Origin: the human T2T-CHM13v2.0 reference genome, Homo sapiens
Length of the DNA stretch: 64,000 nucleotides
Assembly: GCF_009914755.1 (NCBI RefSeq)
Contig: NC_060929.1
Reading direction: 5' to 3' (one strand)
A program made the position numbers and the translations under genes. Shown one piece after another: positions 13,235 to 27,374 of this stretch. A model generated the notes under the pieces. The model was not told the origin of the DNA. It did no database searches and saw only the letters and a list, made by a program, of their open reading frames with translations. Numbering within the stretch: position 1 is the stretch's first letter; the number at the start of each line of letters is the position of its first letter.

Positions 13235-14875
13235 GGATGAAAAAATATTGGTAAGGAAGTCTTAGAACCTCAGGACACCGCTAGGGTTCTGAAGAAAATA
13301 CAGATAGCTTAATGTGATATGTCATTCCAAGAATATTAATATTTTAGCAGGGGCCTCTTGCTTTACCCAAAAGGGTTATATCATAGCATGCAGGCATTTG
13401 CACACTGTATCCTCATCTGAACTTATTTTTGCAGGTAGCAATGGGTAACATTTGTTGGAGGTAGAAAGAAACAGTCATCTAAAGTATATGTTAGAGATTC
13501 AGGATGCTAAATAAGAGGGGATCTTCAACACCATCTCTGACTCCTTTTATTTTAAAACGTGATCATGAGGACCCAGGGAAGTGAGGTTATCTGCTGAACA
13601 TCTCCCAGTTTCTCAGTGTCAGTACAGAATTATAACCTTCTAATCCAGTGCTCTTTTCAACAGAGCCTGTTTCATTGCCCAACATTTATGAAGGGTCCCT
13701 AAATTTACCTAGAAATAAATTGCAATATTCCAAAGAATGAAATACACAAAACTATGAATAGTACGATTACTTCATGGCTGTCCTATTGAAGCCTGATACA
13801 TAATGACTACCAGAGACCAGCTGCAGAAAGAAAACCCATTGTTTGTGAGGCTAGCACCACATAGCTTTTCAAATGAGAAGGTTCTGTCTAACCTGAATTC
13901 TTCATGCTGGCATTTTAACTTCCTTCCTTCCTATTAGTGAACTTGGGCTATTGATTTGCAGCAAATGAGTCTGTGATTATGGCCCATTTTTTTGTTTGTG
14001 TGAATTAAAGATTTTACTGAAAATCTTTAAGAGAATTAAAGCAAATAGAATAAATTGTTTGGAGAAGATTATCCACGTTTTCTTATAGGCAGACACTAAG
14101 CTCTTTAGCATGTAATAGACTGTTTAAAATGAAGAAGTCTGGAATTCAACAGTGAGTATTCTTCATATTTCATGGATGTTTTCCACCCATGTTCTTAGGC
14201 CCATAGGCTTGTATGTTTTCACTCTAAGAAGAACCTGTTAGTGAAAATGTATTGGAAAACAGACTATTTAAGTAGTAGCAAGCTGTTGGTATGATTATTT
14301 TAGGCTAATTGTCTCAGCCATATGTTTAGAACCAGGTTTAAAGACTACTTTATAGTATTTATTTAGTTGTTGTATACTGTATAGTCTTCCATTGCCTGAA
14401 ATCAAATTATTCCAAGTTCCAACTAGAGAAAAATATGTTCTTTCTGATATTTTAAGAATCAGTAGCAAAATGCACTCTATTACTTTACTTGAATTGTTTC
14501 TTTGCTGAGTAACATTATTTGCATGCAGACTTAGAATGAAAACCTTCTGTGAATGATCTTTGTTATGCTTTGAGCCCTGGGGTAAGAGGAGGGAATTAAA
14601 TGCAGAAAAATACGGAGTGGTATTTTTAAATTTGGGAATATTAGGGTTTATAGTGAGGAGTAAAAGAGAATTTTCTTTAAAATTTACAGCACAAATCGTT
14701 GTATTTTAAATGTATTGTTAAAATTGATCCTTTTGGGGTTCTAGTTTAAATAAAAACCCATAAAAACATGGAAATTGTCTGTTAAAAGTCACTATGGAGT
14801 TGCAAATGGAGATAATTTAGCTTACAAACTTTTAAATACATAGTATATTATTAATTTAAAAAAGAGAAATACTGA

Positions 14876-15004
<129 letters not shown>

Positions 15005-15589
15005 TAATAGAAGCTCAGGCATGTTTGTGAGTTTGGCTAACTGGGAATAGATTCTAATACAGAGATATTAATGACAGCAGAAAGTGCATCCATTCATTCA
15101 GTGAATAGGTATTGAGGGCTTGCTCCTGTCTTATTTTTGTGCCAAATCACAGGGGATGTAGAAAAGCAGAAAGGTAGCCCATGCCCTAAAGGAGCTTACA
15201 GCCTAACTGCAGAGAAAGTGTCTGCTGTTTACCATCATTTGTTAACAAGAATTCATCTAGCCTCTGTGTTGCGCATAACTGGGGGAGACACTGTTACCTA
15301 TGGACAGCAGCAGATGTCAAGCAATTCATATCTTCGCATATGTTTCCAGTTGAACATCTGACTCAATTTAGGCTAACTTAAATTTGACCCTTAAGTAAAA
15401 CAAGATGTATTTTTTTTCTATAAATGTGAACACAGAAACAAAACTAAAATATAATTAAATATTAATGTTAATATAGAAGGGAACTCTGATGCCCTAATTT
15501 TATTGGTAGTATACTAACATTTATAGTGTATGAGTTATGCCTTGAGTGCAGCATCTGCTGATTGTACTGCACTAAATGATGTTATGCTC

Positions 15590-15915
15590 AATGTCATTTC
15601 TTCACACAAGCTGGCCTTGGCCACTCTGTGTAAATTAGCATTTCCCGCCTGTCACATTCTATTCCCTGACTCAGGCTTTATTTTTCTTCACAGCATGTAA
15701 TCATTACCTGCCATTATATGATCTAATCATTTGTTTAATGCATGTCCTTACTTTAACAAATTCAGCCAGATCTGTCTTCCCAAGTAAAATGTAAGTTCCT
15801 TGAGAGCAAGGGATTTGTATTGTTTTGCTTACTGCTCTTTCCCCAGTGTCTAGAACAGTGCCCAGGATATAGTAAGTGCTCAATAAACACATGCTATGTA
15901 AGTGAATCAGTGAAT
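15590..15915 (+). mobile_element. L2 3' end
   Basis: aatgtaagttccttgagagcaaggga...tctagaacagtgcccagg...gtgctcaataaa. Confidence 0.8.
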
Positions 15916-16294
15916 AAATGGCACTTTAGTTCAATGGAGAGGTCTTTTGTCTGTTAGTCTTCTATATTATAATGGGATGAGACTGCCCTAAGGTTTTTAA
16001 GGGAATTCTCTGAATTCTTCCTTTAAAACATACGTAAGTGAATGATGCTTTGATGGGTATCATATATGAATTAATCAATACTTTTCAACATATCTTAAGA
16101 TAAGTGAAAGAGGGAAATCATGAAACTACTGACCCCTTAAAATAAAGCATAGATTGGCTTCAATAGGGAATCTTAATATCTTCTTAGCAAATTGATGAGT
16201 TAGTATTATATTGGTCTAGACATGTATTCCATATTTCTTCATAACTAGTTTGAAATACTTTGCTTTTCAGACTTTTATTATGTTTAATAGCTAA

Positions 16295-16417
<123 letters not shown>

Positions 16418-17449
16418 TAAGACTGTCACCCCTTTGAGATTCGCTAGTTTTTCCCAGTGCTGGTTTGCTTCCATTAATAGCAGCTGAGACAGAGGTCTGG
16501 GGAGATGGGTGTCTTGGAACATTCCTTTTCCCTCTGGTTGCTACTTTTCCTTGGCTTGTGTAATGAAGGAAACATTAACTCTGTCCTCCTGTCTTATCCA
16601 AAGTCTCCAAATGAATGTTGCTTAAGGTGAAAACAGCTGTTACAGAAAGATGATTCAAGGCCGGATGTGGTGATGTAAATTATAATTCTTCAATAAATGT
16701 CTCATTGGAAATTGGTCAGGACTCATTGGACCTGGGTCCCAGAAGAGAACAGAGACCTAACTTTCCTGCAGCTGACCTGAGTCAACTTCCGAGAGGCCAG
16801 CATATTCTTTTCTGGTGCACAGAATGATGAGGCTTATTAAATGTAGAGGAGTTTTCACATTAAAAAATGACAATAAGTCTGCATCACAAAATAGAACTTC
16901 TTTTCATTGTCATTTTCCCTCTTCTCTACCCTCCCCACTTCACCAGTTCATTCTGAGATGTCTTGAGAGAAGTTTCGTATCTTATGACACACTTCAGAGA
17001 ATCCTAGAATATGAGATGCATGTGAGATGCAGTTTGCAATTGAGATTTCTTTCTTTGTGTATAGGTCACTTAGAAGAGAGATCATTAAAGACTATTTTAT
17101 TTGAGTATTATGGCTCAACACACAGGTAGAGGGACAGCTCTGCTTTCTGAGTTGAGATGCTGATGTTGAGTAGCACAGAGAGAAGGTTCTGCTGTAATTT
17201 GGAGGCACCAGGAATGACTGGATAGATCTCAGCTTAAGAATCTGGAAAGCCCAGTGATATCACTGGTTCTACCATCACTTGGCTGGGTGGCCTCAGATAA
17301 ACCATTTATACGTCTTGGAGGTTCCTTTGCTGTCTCAGAGATAGGGCTTGGAATAGTACATATCTCGTCTTTCTTCCAACCCCTGGATTCTATTCTGTAT
17401 GCAGACAGGGGCAGCTCCTTAGCTTGGATTCAGAATCAGGGCTATATTT

Positions 17450-17900
17450 AATAATACATGTTCATAGAAAGAAAAATTAGAATATGTAACTAAGCAAAAA
17501 GAAGAAAATAAAAATACGTTGTGAATATTTTTCCTGGTCAGTAATTATACTTCTGTAACATATTGCAAATGTCAGTATATTGTTGCATTATAAATATTTG
17601 TTTAATCAATCTCAGCTGTTGAATGGTCACACAATTTCCAAATTTTACCTATCGTAAACTACTCTAAAGGACATCATTGTGGTTAAATAATTGTTCATAT
17701 CCTTCATTAAGTAAAGATAAATTCCTAGCAGTAGAATTGCTGGATTAGAAGTGTACATATTTTAAGACTTTCGATGTATTTCTAATTTAAATACCCACCA
17801 GCAGTAAATGAGAATGGCTTTTTGCTTATACCCTGAGCCAATCTTCCTTTCACTAATTTTTTCTTAATTTGCATTTCTTTGATTAATAATGATGCTGAAT
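17450..17900 (-). mobile_element. Old L1 (L1ME-like) fragment
   Basis: aattcctagcagtagaattgctggatt...cccaccagcagt...tgcatttctttgatta, a degenerate antisense L1 3' region. Confidence 0.6.
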
Positions 17901-19449
17901 AAGAAAAATTACATGTTTATAATCAAACATCTTAGAGAATAATCATGAGCAGATCTCAGTGGCCCAGGCTGATGGGAAATTTTCAAAAGAAAGCAGTGTG
18001 GAGTACACACAGGGGTGGGGATTGGGGAGGCCTGGCCACTCAGGCTGGCCATTTCCCAGAGGCCTTCAGTGACATTATCTTGATGCCTTTACCTGGGTTC
18101 AACCTTACAAGCACAACCATCAACATACCAAGAGAGTACTTCTGTCTCCCAGCACACATTTCTATTAACCCAGGGGTCATAGAATTTGTATATGAAGCCA
18201 GGATGCTATTTTCCTAACTCATACAAAACTTGGAAAGGTGCTTGTGCCTGTCTTCTGGCCATACCTTCTCTCCCTGAAGGCCTGGCATGTGGGATGCTAG
18301 ATTTCACTGGCAAGCTGGTGGGGGGGTGTAGATCCAAGCAAGCTCAGTTAGAGAGACAGCTTCAATGTTTCCTGGCATCAGCCGCATAATTCAACACCTC
18401 CGTTTTTTAACTCAGTAGTGCAGCCCTTCTTAGAAAGTTAGGCAATTCCACTGGCACTATCACGCCTGAAATTACATGGGTAAAAATACATTTTCTCTCC
18501 TGCTAGACAGCTTGCAAAGCATCCCCCAAACTGCTTGAATGGACACCTCTAGCATTTGCCTCAAAAATTCTCCTTTTTTCTAGGCCTCTTGCTGACCAAC
18601 TGCCCCTGAGACTGCAATATTTTTTCCTTTAGATATGCTAATATATTTAATCAGCTTACTCTCTAGTCTCACTGGCCTGGAAGCTGTTGGTCTCTGGTCT
18701 CTAAAATATTTTGTGTCTCTCCACTCTGATGTCTTGATTTCATTGCTTCCCCACACCCCCACCCCGCCCAACAATTGTTACGCTTCTTTGTTCTTGGAGG
18801 TGACTCCCAGTGACTTTTCTGTACTCTTCACAGTTGGCACAAGTGAGGCAAGCTTGTAGATAGAGAAGGAACAAAAAATACATGATTCTTGTTTGTGTTT
18901 TCATAGTCTCTTTTTTTCTACCAAGTTTTGCTGCCAGACAGATAACATGGTCACCTTTCTTAACTGTTTCCAGTCACCAAGATAAATTAAACACAGGAAT
19001 CAGTCATCATTTCAAATTAATTCTTGGTAGTTTACCTAGAAGGAAAACAAGGATGATTTAATGCAAATACCTGTATTTGAAACAAGTTTCTTTTATGTAC
19101 TCAAGTAGCACCTTCAGGAGAGCAGGTCCTGTCTTCCCCTCCCTCCCCACCTCTGTTTCATCCTGCCCCACCCGCTCCTCCATGATAGACCCCACTGTAG
19201 ATGGTCATTCTGGAGGCTTGACATGGAACTGCCAGCTGCCTCACCCTCTTTCCACAGCTTTCTGAGGTTTCCTGTGGGGACCTGACCGGCTGTCTTCGTT
19301 ATCAAGTGTTAGTGACATGTCCTTTTGGTTCTTATCTTCCCCTCACCCACTCCTCCCACTTTCAGAGATCAGAACACTTCACAAATATTAAAAGTAGCTC
19401 TTCATTAGAAAATTGTCAGGGATATGTTTGGTGAAGAATGATCTTCTCA

Positions 19450-19579
<130 letters not shown>

Positions 19580-20069
19580 GTCATCTTCTCTAGGCTCCAG
19601 AGACTTTACTGAAGAGTGGGCTGCCAGTTCAAAGTCAGCTATGATTGAGGAAGGGGAGCTGAGTGGCCTCCAGGAGCCAGGCTCACCTTGTGAAGGAGTC
19701 TATGGAATAGTGCCAGTCTCAGAACCATAAGGACAGCTTGTAGATGTCACCAGGATGGTGGTAGGACCATGCAGCTTAGTTTAACTTGTTTTGGGAGAAA
19801 AGCAGGTTTCTATTCTACTTGTCCATATAAAGGAAGTCATTGTTCCTTTATCGTAGTCATTTCCTCTTTCACAGGAAAAATCAGACTCAACACAGTAGAT
19901 TCAATTCAATTGAATAAAACATGCATTGATTGACCTACAATGTAAAAACCAGTGAGCTAGACCCTAAAGATTATGTATGTATATATGAGCCAGACATACT
20001 TTCTGCCATCAAAGAGTTTTGCAGTCTAAGTATCTTTTTTAATGCATTTCAGACAACAACGAAGTCATG

Positions 20070-20250
20070 GTTAAATTTATTGTGTGCTTACTACATACCA
20101 GGTATATACATTATCTTATAAAATTTCTAAAACATTATGAGGCAGATATAATCGTACCCATGTTAAAGATGAGGAAAATGTGGCTTTGAGAAATTAAATA
20201 ACTTTTTTATTCTGATCAATCGGTGATGAGTGGAGGAGGAGGATGCAGAT
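20070..20250 (-). mobile_element. MIR fragment
   Basis: ttattgtgtgcttactacataccagg...cccatgttaaagatgaggaaaatgtggc. Confidence 0.65.
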
Positions 20251-21024
20251 ATTTATGCTGAACAGAGAATGAGATGCTTTACCTAAATAAAATAACTGAA
20301 ATTGGCAGAGTAGCTTATGAACCAAGGATTATCCAACTCCTGTCCATGTCACATGTTGTCAAGAAATTCTCAGCTGCATCTCATTACATGACTTCAAATA
20401 TTTAAATAAAACATACGTATTAAATAATTTCGACTTGAAAAAAAAAGTTGAGAAAATTCTCCGTTCTCTATGTTCAATTCCATCTCTCTTTTTAAGGTGA
20501 CTAAAATTAGTAAAAATCTCTTTTCTTTTGAAATTGGATTTTTAAAATGTTCTTGAAAACAAAGAACTTTAGAGAAATTAAGTAAATAGATCTTACACAT
20601 GCGGTGATTCTGTCTACATCGACCAGAGGACTGATCGCTGACCTTACAGGTATCGTTAGTGGATATTCAGGATTGTTGTTACTGCTGCAGTTTCTAAACT
20701 TTTGGGAAATTTAGCAAGGCAGCCTAGTCAGGTGCTCCTGCCTTCTCTGTAGTGTCAAGGTTCCAGGGAAAAGGACAGTAGCTCAGAAAGATCCTGAAGA
20801 TTTTAAGTTTCATATTAATACATTGAGGGCCAGAGCGTCCTGGAGTTAGTCTTTCATGTAGATTCACATGGAAACTGTCCCAGGACGAGGCTCTCATTTC
20901 ATGTTTATGTGCAATAGAAGCAGCAGGTGGTCACTGAATGGCTCTTCATTCTGTCAGCTGTGGAGATTCTTGGAGAAAAAACTCTAGTTTTCTTGTATAT
21001 AGAGCATGATGAAGAGACTGGCTC

Positions 21025-21180
21025 TGCTTCCGACTGGAATGAGCACACAGAACTTTTGGGGAGGCTGGTAAAATGCAGATTCTGATTCCATGGGTCCAGA
21101 GTGGGGCCCAAAGGTATGCATTTCTACTGAACCCTCAGGCTGTGTGGAACTCCTGGTCCACAGAGCAGACTTTGACTAAC
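21025..21180. mobile_element. MER5A-like DNA transposon fossil
   Basis: ggtaaaatgcagattctgattccatgggtccagagtggggccc...tgcatttcta. Confidence 0.7.
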
Positions 21181-21479
21181 AAGGCTGTCTGTCCGAAAGA
21201 CCAATGCATGTCATCAGGCAGGAAAGACCAGAGCAGAGAGTGTGGGCAACAGTGTGGTTAGAAGCCTTTTCTTAGAATGTGATTAGAAAAAAAGAAAGGA
21301 TTGGAAATTTTTTAATTAAAATATTACTAGGACAGGAAGAAATCTGTGATTCCTTGTGGTGGTTTTACTCTGTTTATAAATTTAATTAGACTCTAAATTT
21401 GTTCATCCTTTAAGATTAATATTCTTGCCTGATCTGTGGTAAGAATTTAGACATGTTTCATTATTTTTGATTTGGAGAT

Positions 21480-22555
21480 TTTTCTTTTATTTCAATTGTT
21501 TTTTAAGGAACAGGTAGTGTTTGGTTATATCAATAAGTTCTTTATTGGCGAATTCTGAGATTTTGGTGCACCCATCAACCGAGTAATGTACACTGTACCC
21601 AACGTCTAGTCTTTTATCCTTCACCCACCTCCCACGCTTTCCCTTAAGTCCCCAAAGCCTATCGTATCATTCGTATGCCTTTGCATCCTCATGGCTTAGC
21701 TCCTACTTAATAAGACAGAATATACAGTGTTTGGTTTTCCATTCCTGAGTGACTTCACTTAGAATAACGGTTCCCAATTCCATCCAGGTGCTGCAAATGT
21801 CATTATTTAATTCCTTTTTATGGATGAGTAGCATTCCATGGTGTGTATGTATGTATGTATGTATTTGTCACATTTTCTTTACTTGTTGATTGATGGGCAT
21901 TTCGGCTTGTTCCTTAATTTTGCAATTGCGAATTGTGTTGCTATAAACATGCATGTGCAAGTATCTTTTTCGTATAATGACTTCTTTTCCTCTGCTAGAT
22001 ACCCAATAGTGGGATTGCTGAATCAAATGGTAGATCTACTTTTAGTTCTTTAAGGAATCTCCACACCGTTTTCCATAGTGGTTGTACTAGTTTATGTTCC
22101 CACCAACAGTGTAGAAGTGTTCCTTTTTCGCCACATCCACACCGACATCTATTATTTTTGAATTTTTTAATTATGGCCATTCTTGCAGGAGTAAGGCGGT
22201 ATCATATTATGGTTTTGATTTGCATTTCCCTGATCATTAGTGCTGTTGAGCATTTTTTCATATGTTTGTTGGCCATTTATATATCTTCTTTTGAGAATTG
22301 TCTATTTATGTCCTTAGCCCACTTTTTGATGGGATTGTTTGTTTGTTTTTTCTTGCTGATTTGTTTGAGCTCCTCGTAGATTCTGAATATTAGTCCTTTG
22401 TCAGATGTATAGATTGTGAAGATTTTCTCCCACTCTGTGGGTTATCTGTTTACTGTGGTGATTATTTCTTTTGCTGTGCAGAAGCTTTTTAGTTTAATTA
22501 AGTCCCATCTATTTATCTTTGTTTTTGTTGCATTTGCTTTTGCGTTCTTGGTCAT
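21480..22555 (-). mobile_element. 5'-truncated L1 (L1PB-like), antisense
   Basis: ORF 21995-22180(-) carries the ORF2p C-terminal motif [22 protein letters not shown]; L1PB-type 3' UTR; TSD-like atttggagatttt / atttggagaatttt. Confidence 0.92.
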
Positions 22556-22578
22556 AATAATTTGGAGAATTTTAAGTA

Positions 22579-22924
22579 CAGGTTGAGTATCCAAAATGCT
22601 TGAGACCAGAAGTGTTTCAGATTTTGGATTTTTTTGAGTTTAGGAATATTTTCACATCCATAATGAGATATTCTGGGGATGGAACTCAAGTCTAAGCATG
22701 AAATTAATTTATATTTTATATATATCTTATACATACAGCTTAAAGGTATTTTTATACAACATTTTAAATAATTTTGTGTATGGAACAAGATTTTGACTGT
22801 TTTGCCTATGACAGGAGCTCAGGAATGAAATTTTCCACTTGTGGCTTCATGTCAGTACTCAAAATATTTTCAGATTTTGGAGCATTTTGGCTTTTGGGTT
22901 TTTGCATTAGGGATGCTCCACCTG
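22579..22924. mobile_element. Tigger4/MER46-like TcMar DNA transposon
   Basis: Terminal inverted repeats caggttgagtatcc ... ggatgctccacctg; TA on the left flank and CA (mutated TA) on the right. Confidence 0.85.
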
Positions 22925-23549
22925 CATTAATAAAGAAATCCTCAGAGAAATGAAATTGAGAAATGTCCAGAGGAATGAAATAGTTGTAATATATGTGTGT
23001 GTGTACATATACATATGTGTACTTGTATATATGTGTTTGTGTTGTGTGTATACATATATATTGTATGTTTTTTAATGTCACATAACTGCCTCTTATAAAA
23101 TTGCTATTTATTTAAATCTCAGTTCTTGTACCTAAATAAATATTGATCCAAACACATTCCAATATATTTTCATTAACACATATCAGTTTTTATAATAAAT
23201 ATTTATGTATTCGAGAGACTTCTGTGGTTCTTCATGGGATGGCTTAGAGTTAACCAACACTTTTTTGTTATATACATTAATCCTAATGCATGTATAGGAA
23301 CTATAGTTATGTTAGGGAGTTAGAGAAGCAAGAAGTATGATTAGTTTAAATGTTTATGGTTGAGAAATCACTGGATACTATTCTCTGCTTTCAACATATA
23401 ACCATCATTTGACTGTAAATTCAAATATGGACATCCTAAGTGGAGTGCACATGACCAATGTATAGTTTTCCAAGGAAAACTGTTATATTTATTATCTCTC
23501 CCTTTTGGCCTCCAATAAAAAAAAGTTCAGTTCAGATTGTTAACATAGA

Positions 23550-23760
23550 ATGGAGAAAACACATGAATTAAACCTAGGTTCAAATCCCAAAGCTACCCTG
23601 CATGTGTAATGTCCCTGGGACACAACATCCTTGATTTCTGTGAACCTCACTTCTTAATCTGTAAGATGGGTTCTCATGCCTATTAATCATGTAGGGTTGC
23701 TGTTAGGATCTAGTAAGATATATTAAAGTGTTTTGAAAAATGCAAAAGACTTGCATGTAC
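23550..23760 (+). mobile_element. MIR
   Basis: cctaggttcaaatccca...ctgtgaacctcacttcttaatctgtaagatggg...gttgctgttagga. Confidence 0.65.
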
Positions 23761-24730
23761 AGTATTAACTAACTGAAAGTGATGGTTCTGGACTTGATTT
23801 TAGTAATATTTGTGATGTTTGGATTTCAATTAGAAGATAAGAATTCTTCTGCTGTAGCTCTAAAGTTGAGTAAATATTAAGCCATAAGATTTTCATGAGG
23901 TTTAAAGTAATTCTCATGGCAATTCTTTATCACGAATATCAAACTGACTTGCTAAACTATGCACCATGATCCATTTGCTTATATCCATGTGCTTATGACT
24001 ACTGTGATTAGAGATAATAAATATGATCAAATCTTCCTTTCTAGTCATATAAAATGTATTGTCTTTTACTTTTCTCTCAGCAGAAGAGTGTCCCTGAAAT
24101 GAAAAAGCCTGCCTTCTTTTTCTGATTCTAGCTTTGTAACACATGTAGCTATTTTAAAATGGAAATGCAATCAAATTTAAATGTAGAATTATTTTTATAT
24201 CAAAAATACTTTTTTGATTTTTTTATCTCAAACTACAAAGGCAATGAATTTTTCATACAATAAGCCAGGTCACCCAAATATGCTAACTACTATTCAGTAT
24301 TTGTTAAACGTGAAGTTTGTGTGCTTCTATATGTGTAGGTGGGTGCATATGTGCACACACGTATATGCAATATGAAAAAGCCTATTCAGAGATTTACTTT
24401 GTTTTTAATAATTAGTATTTGATTTACTATAGTTATAAATCCAAAAACATAGTTGCTTCTTAAGCAAAATTCAGCTGGCAGATGTTTCATTCATTGGTCT
24501 AACAAATTTAACAAACACATTAAGAAGCCTTTGACTAATGTTTTATAAACTTAAACACCTTCAAATTTTTAAAATGGAATTCGTACATTTAATAGATTTG
24601 ATTTTCATTTTAAATAATTCAGCTTCCAGGCTGACAAACCTTCCCATATACTTAAATAATTTTTGTAAATCTAATAAGCCCAACTTACAAATAAGGTGAA
24701 ATCTTATGAACTCTAAAATGTTAAAATATA

Positions 24731-24808
24731 GGCTGGATGCGGTGGCTCACGCCTGTAATTCCAGCGCTTTGAAAGGTGACAAGAGCGAGAATCCATCTCA
24801 AAAAAAAA
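24731..24808 (+). mobile_element. Internally deleted Alu (5' end fused to 3' end and tail)
   Basis: ggctggatgcggtggctcacgcctgtaattccagcgctttg joins directly to ggtgacaagagcgagaatccatctcaaaaaaaaa. Confidence 0.85.
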
Positions 24809-25119
24809 TTTGTATTAGTAAGATTAAACTTTAAAATAACATTTTAAAATCAATTATTCCAGTATACATTTAAAGAATAAAATTAGTAAGCTGACCTTTT
24901 ATTCTACGGACCACATTCTCTTAAATATTATAAATGTCCTCTTAAAACTAAAAATATGAACGCTATAGATTTTGATTCTCTCTCACATTTCTGTGCTTAA
25001 CTGAAAATCTTCACAAGGTTGAAAGATAGTTACCTTCTAAGCATCACCTCATAATTTTTGGTTTAATTTTTAATATAAGTTTGGTAGTCTCTTCAATTCA
25101 TTGAATTTCTTGATATTTA

Positions 25120-25500
25120 TTTTTATACGGTAAAAACACATGACATTAAATTTACCATTTTAACTATTTTTAAGTGTACCATTCAGCAGTATTAAATATA
25201 GTCCCATTTTTGTGCAACATATCTTTAGAACATTTTTGTCTTGCAAAACAGAAACTCTAGACTCATTAAACACTAACTACCCCTACCCACCTCCAGCCCT
25301 TGGCAACCACCTTTCTACTTTATGTTTTTATGATTTTGACTACTTTAAGTCCTTCATATAAGTGGAATCAGACTTCGTCCTTTCATGACTGGCTTATTTC
25401 ACTTACCGTAACCATAATGTCCTTGAGGTCCAGCCATATCGTAGCAGCATGGGACAGGACTTCCTTTTTTTTTTTTGTTTTTTTTAGGCTACACAATATT
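25120..25500 (-). mobile_element. L1M (MB-like) 3' end
   Basis: aaatttaccattttaactatttttaagtgtac...ccagcccttggcaaccacc...tcatataagtggaatca...gactggcttatttcactta. Confidence 0.8.
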
Positions 25501-25821
25501 TTTTCTGAAGATTTTAAATATCAGAGAACATGGTCCTTGACTACTACCTTGATGGATCATACTGAACCTACCACCTGTTCTAGATGGCGTACCCAGTATT
25601 CATTCAATGTAAGACATATTATTTCCTAGTACTAGTTTCAAATTAGATTAGAACTCTCAATCCAGTTGGCTACTCTGATTGATTAAATTTTTGTGCATAT
25701 CTTTGGTCATTGAGATATGTAAATATTTTTGGCCTAAGTACCATGATAACTGACAGAATTATGTATTCTTTTAATATAATTCTTATATGAAAATCTTATA
25801 AGATGTGTGGTCCTTTATTTC

Positions 25822-25973
25822 TTGTAAATGTTAAAATGATATCCCATTGCATTTTCCAAATTTCACGGCTATGTTTGGAAGTGAAATCACAACCTCTAAG
25901 GTCATCTTGTTCACTCTCTTCCACTTTGCCTTTGGGCTCATCTCACATATAGTCTGAAGTTACACCAGTGACA
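25822..25973. repeat. Left copy of a local inverted duplication (partner 27513-27663)
   Basis: Core 25822-25941 against the reverse complement of 27544-27663: 111 of 120 identical by manual alignment. Confidence 0.95.
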
Positions 25974-26548
25974 CTGGTGTAGCTCTTTCTCCAGGGTGTT
26001 AATTTCATCTGCAGTATCAGCAATCTCTAGACACTTCCCATTTCTTTGTCCCCACCTTTCAGCCTGCCCAAGGCTCCAGATAGTTCTCTAATTTAGAATT
26101 TTGACCTTGTTCCTAAGATAAAAATTTGTATAACTCAAGTTGTCTTGAATATTGTGTGTCCCAAGCTTGTCTGTTAATGTCTGTTCCCTCCCAATTGCTG
26201 TGCCTGTCTTGCTTCACTTTCTCCTTCTTTTCTCCCTGCCCCTTCCTGCCCTCCATTCCTTTTTTCTTCCTTCCTTGGTTCTCTTCCTCCTTTTGTCTCT
26301 CCTCCATTTTTTCCCCTTCTTCTCTCCTTCCTTTCTAAGCAGCAGGCACACCGAAGACTGAAGGATGAGTAAATCACTGTTGATGTTCTTCAGGGCTCAG
26401 TCTGTACTAAACAGAAGGAATGAAATACAAACTGTGGAAGGAAGGGAAAGACCCCTGGGCCCTTCCCTTCTCAACTGTGCTACACTGTTTATCAGAAGTA
26501 AAACACCTAGGCCACTTCAAAAAAGACATAAATTTGTTGTATATATAT

Positions 26549-26937
26549 TTTTTTCATTGATTTTTAAAAAAATTTTGAAGTTGTAGTTTTTGTGGATACA
26601 TAGTAGGTGTATATATTTATGGAGTGTATGGGATATTTTGACACAGGCATACAATATGTAATAATCACATCCGGGTAAATGGGGTGTTCATCACCTCAAG
26701 CATTTATTATTTGTGTTGAAAACAATTCAATTATACTCATGGGGGTAGAGAGTAGAATGATGGTTACCAGAGGATGGGAAGGATAGTGGGGGTGGGGTAG
26801 GGGGAAAATGGGGATGGTTAATGGGTAGAAAAAAATAGAATGAATAGGATCTAGTGTTTGATAGCACAACAGGGTGATTATAGTCAGTAATAATTTAATT
26901 GTACTTTAAAAAATAACTAAAAGAGTAAATTGGATTT
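26549..26937 (-). mobile_element. L1MA-like 3' end with inverted 5' segment
   Basis: Antisense 3' terminus up to 26738, then the upstream 3' UTR segment in sense orientation from 26739; flanked by tttgttgtatatat on both sides. Confidence 0.85.
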
Positions 26938-27374
26938 TTTGTTGTATATATTTTTTAATTACCTAAAATTATTTTTCATACTGAAGCTATTTTTTTATCT
27001 GTGTAAAAAACTGGAAAACAGATGAGCAAAAAGAGAAAATAAATCATTCATAGTCCTGCCATTTTTGTTTGTATCTTTCCGGATATATTTCCATTTCTTT
27101 AAATTCAATATAAATTTGTAGGTTATGCCATGCATATTTTTTGTAAGCTGCTTTGTTCATTTGTATTATATTGTAGACATATTTTCTTGTCTATCAATTA
27201 CATCTAAATAATAATCTTATAATTACATTTTACTATATTAATATATACTAACGTTAGGCACACGTAGTTTTGCGGCTACAGGGAGCATCATTTTATTTAT
27301 CCCTTTGCATGTGTGAGTGATTCATACAATAAATTATTTTAAGTGGAATTTCTGGAATGAGAGGTATGCATACT

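Noticed and set aside
26200-26340. Polypyrimidine tract as possible triplex DNA
   Set aside because: No clear long mirror symmetry; ordinary low-complexity sequence.
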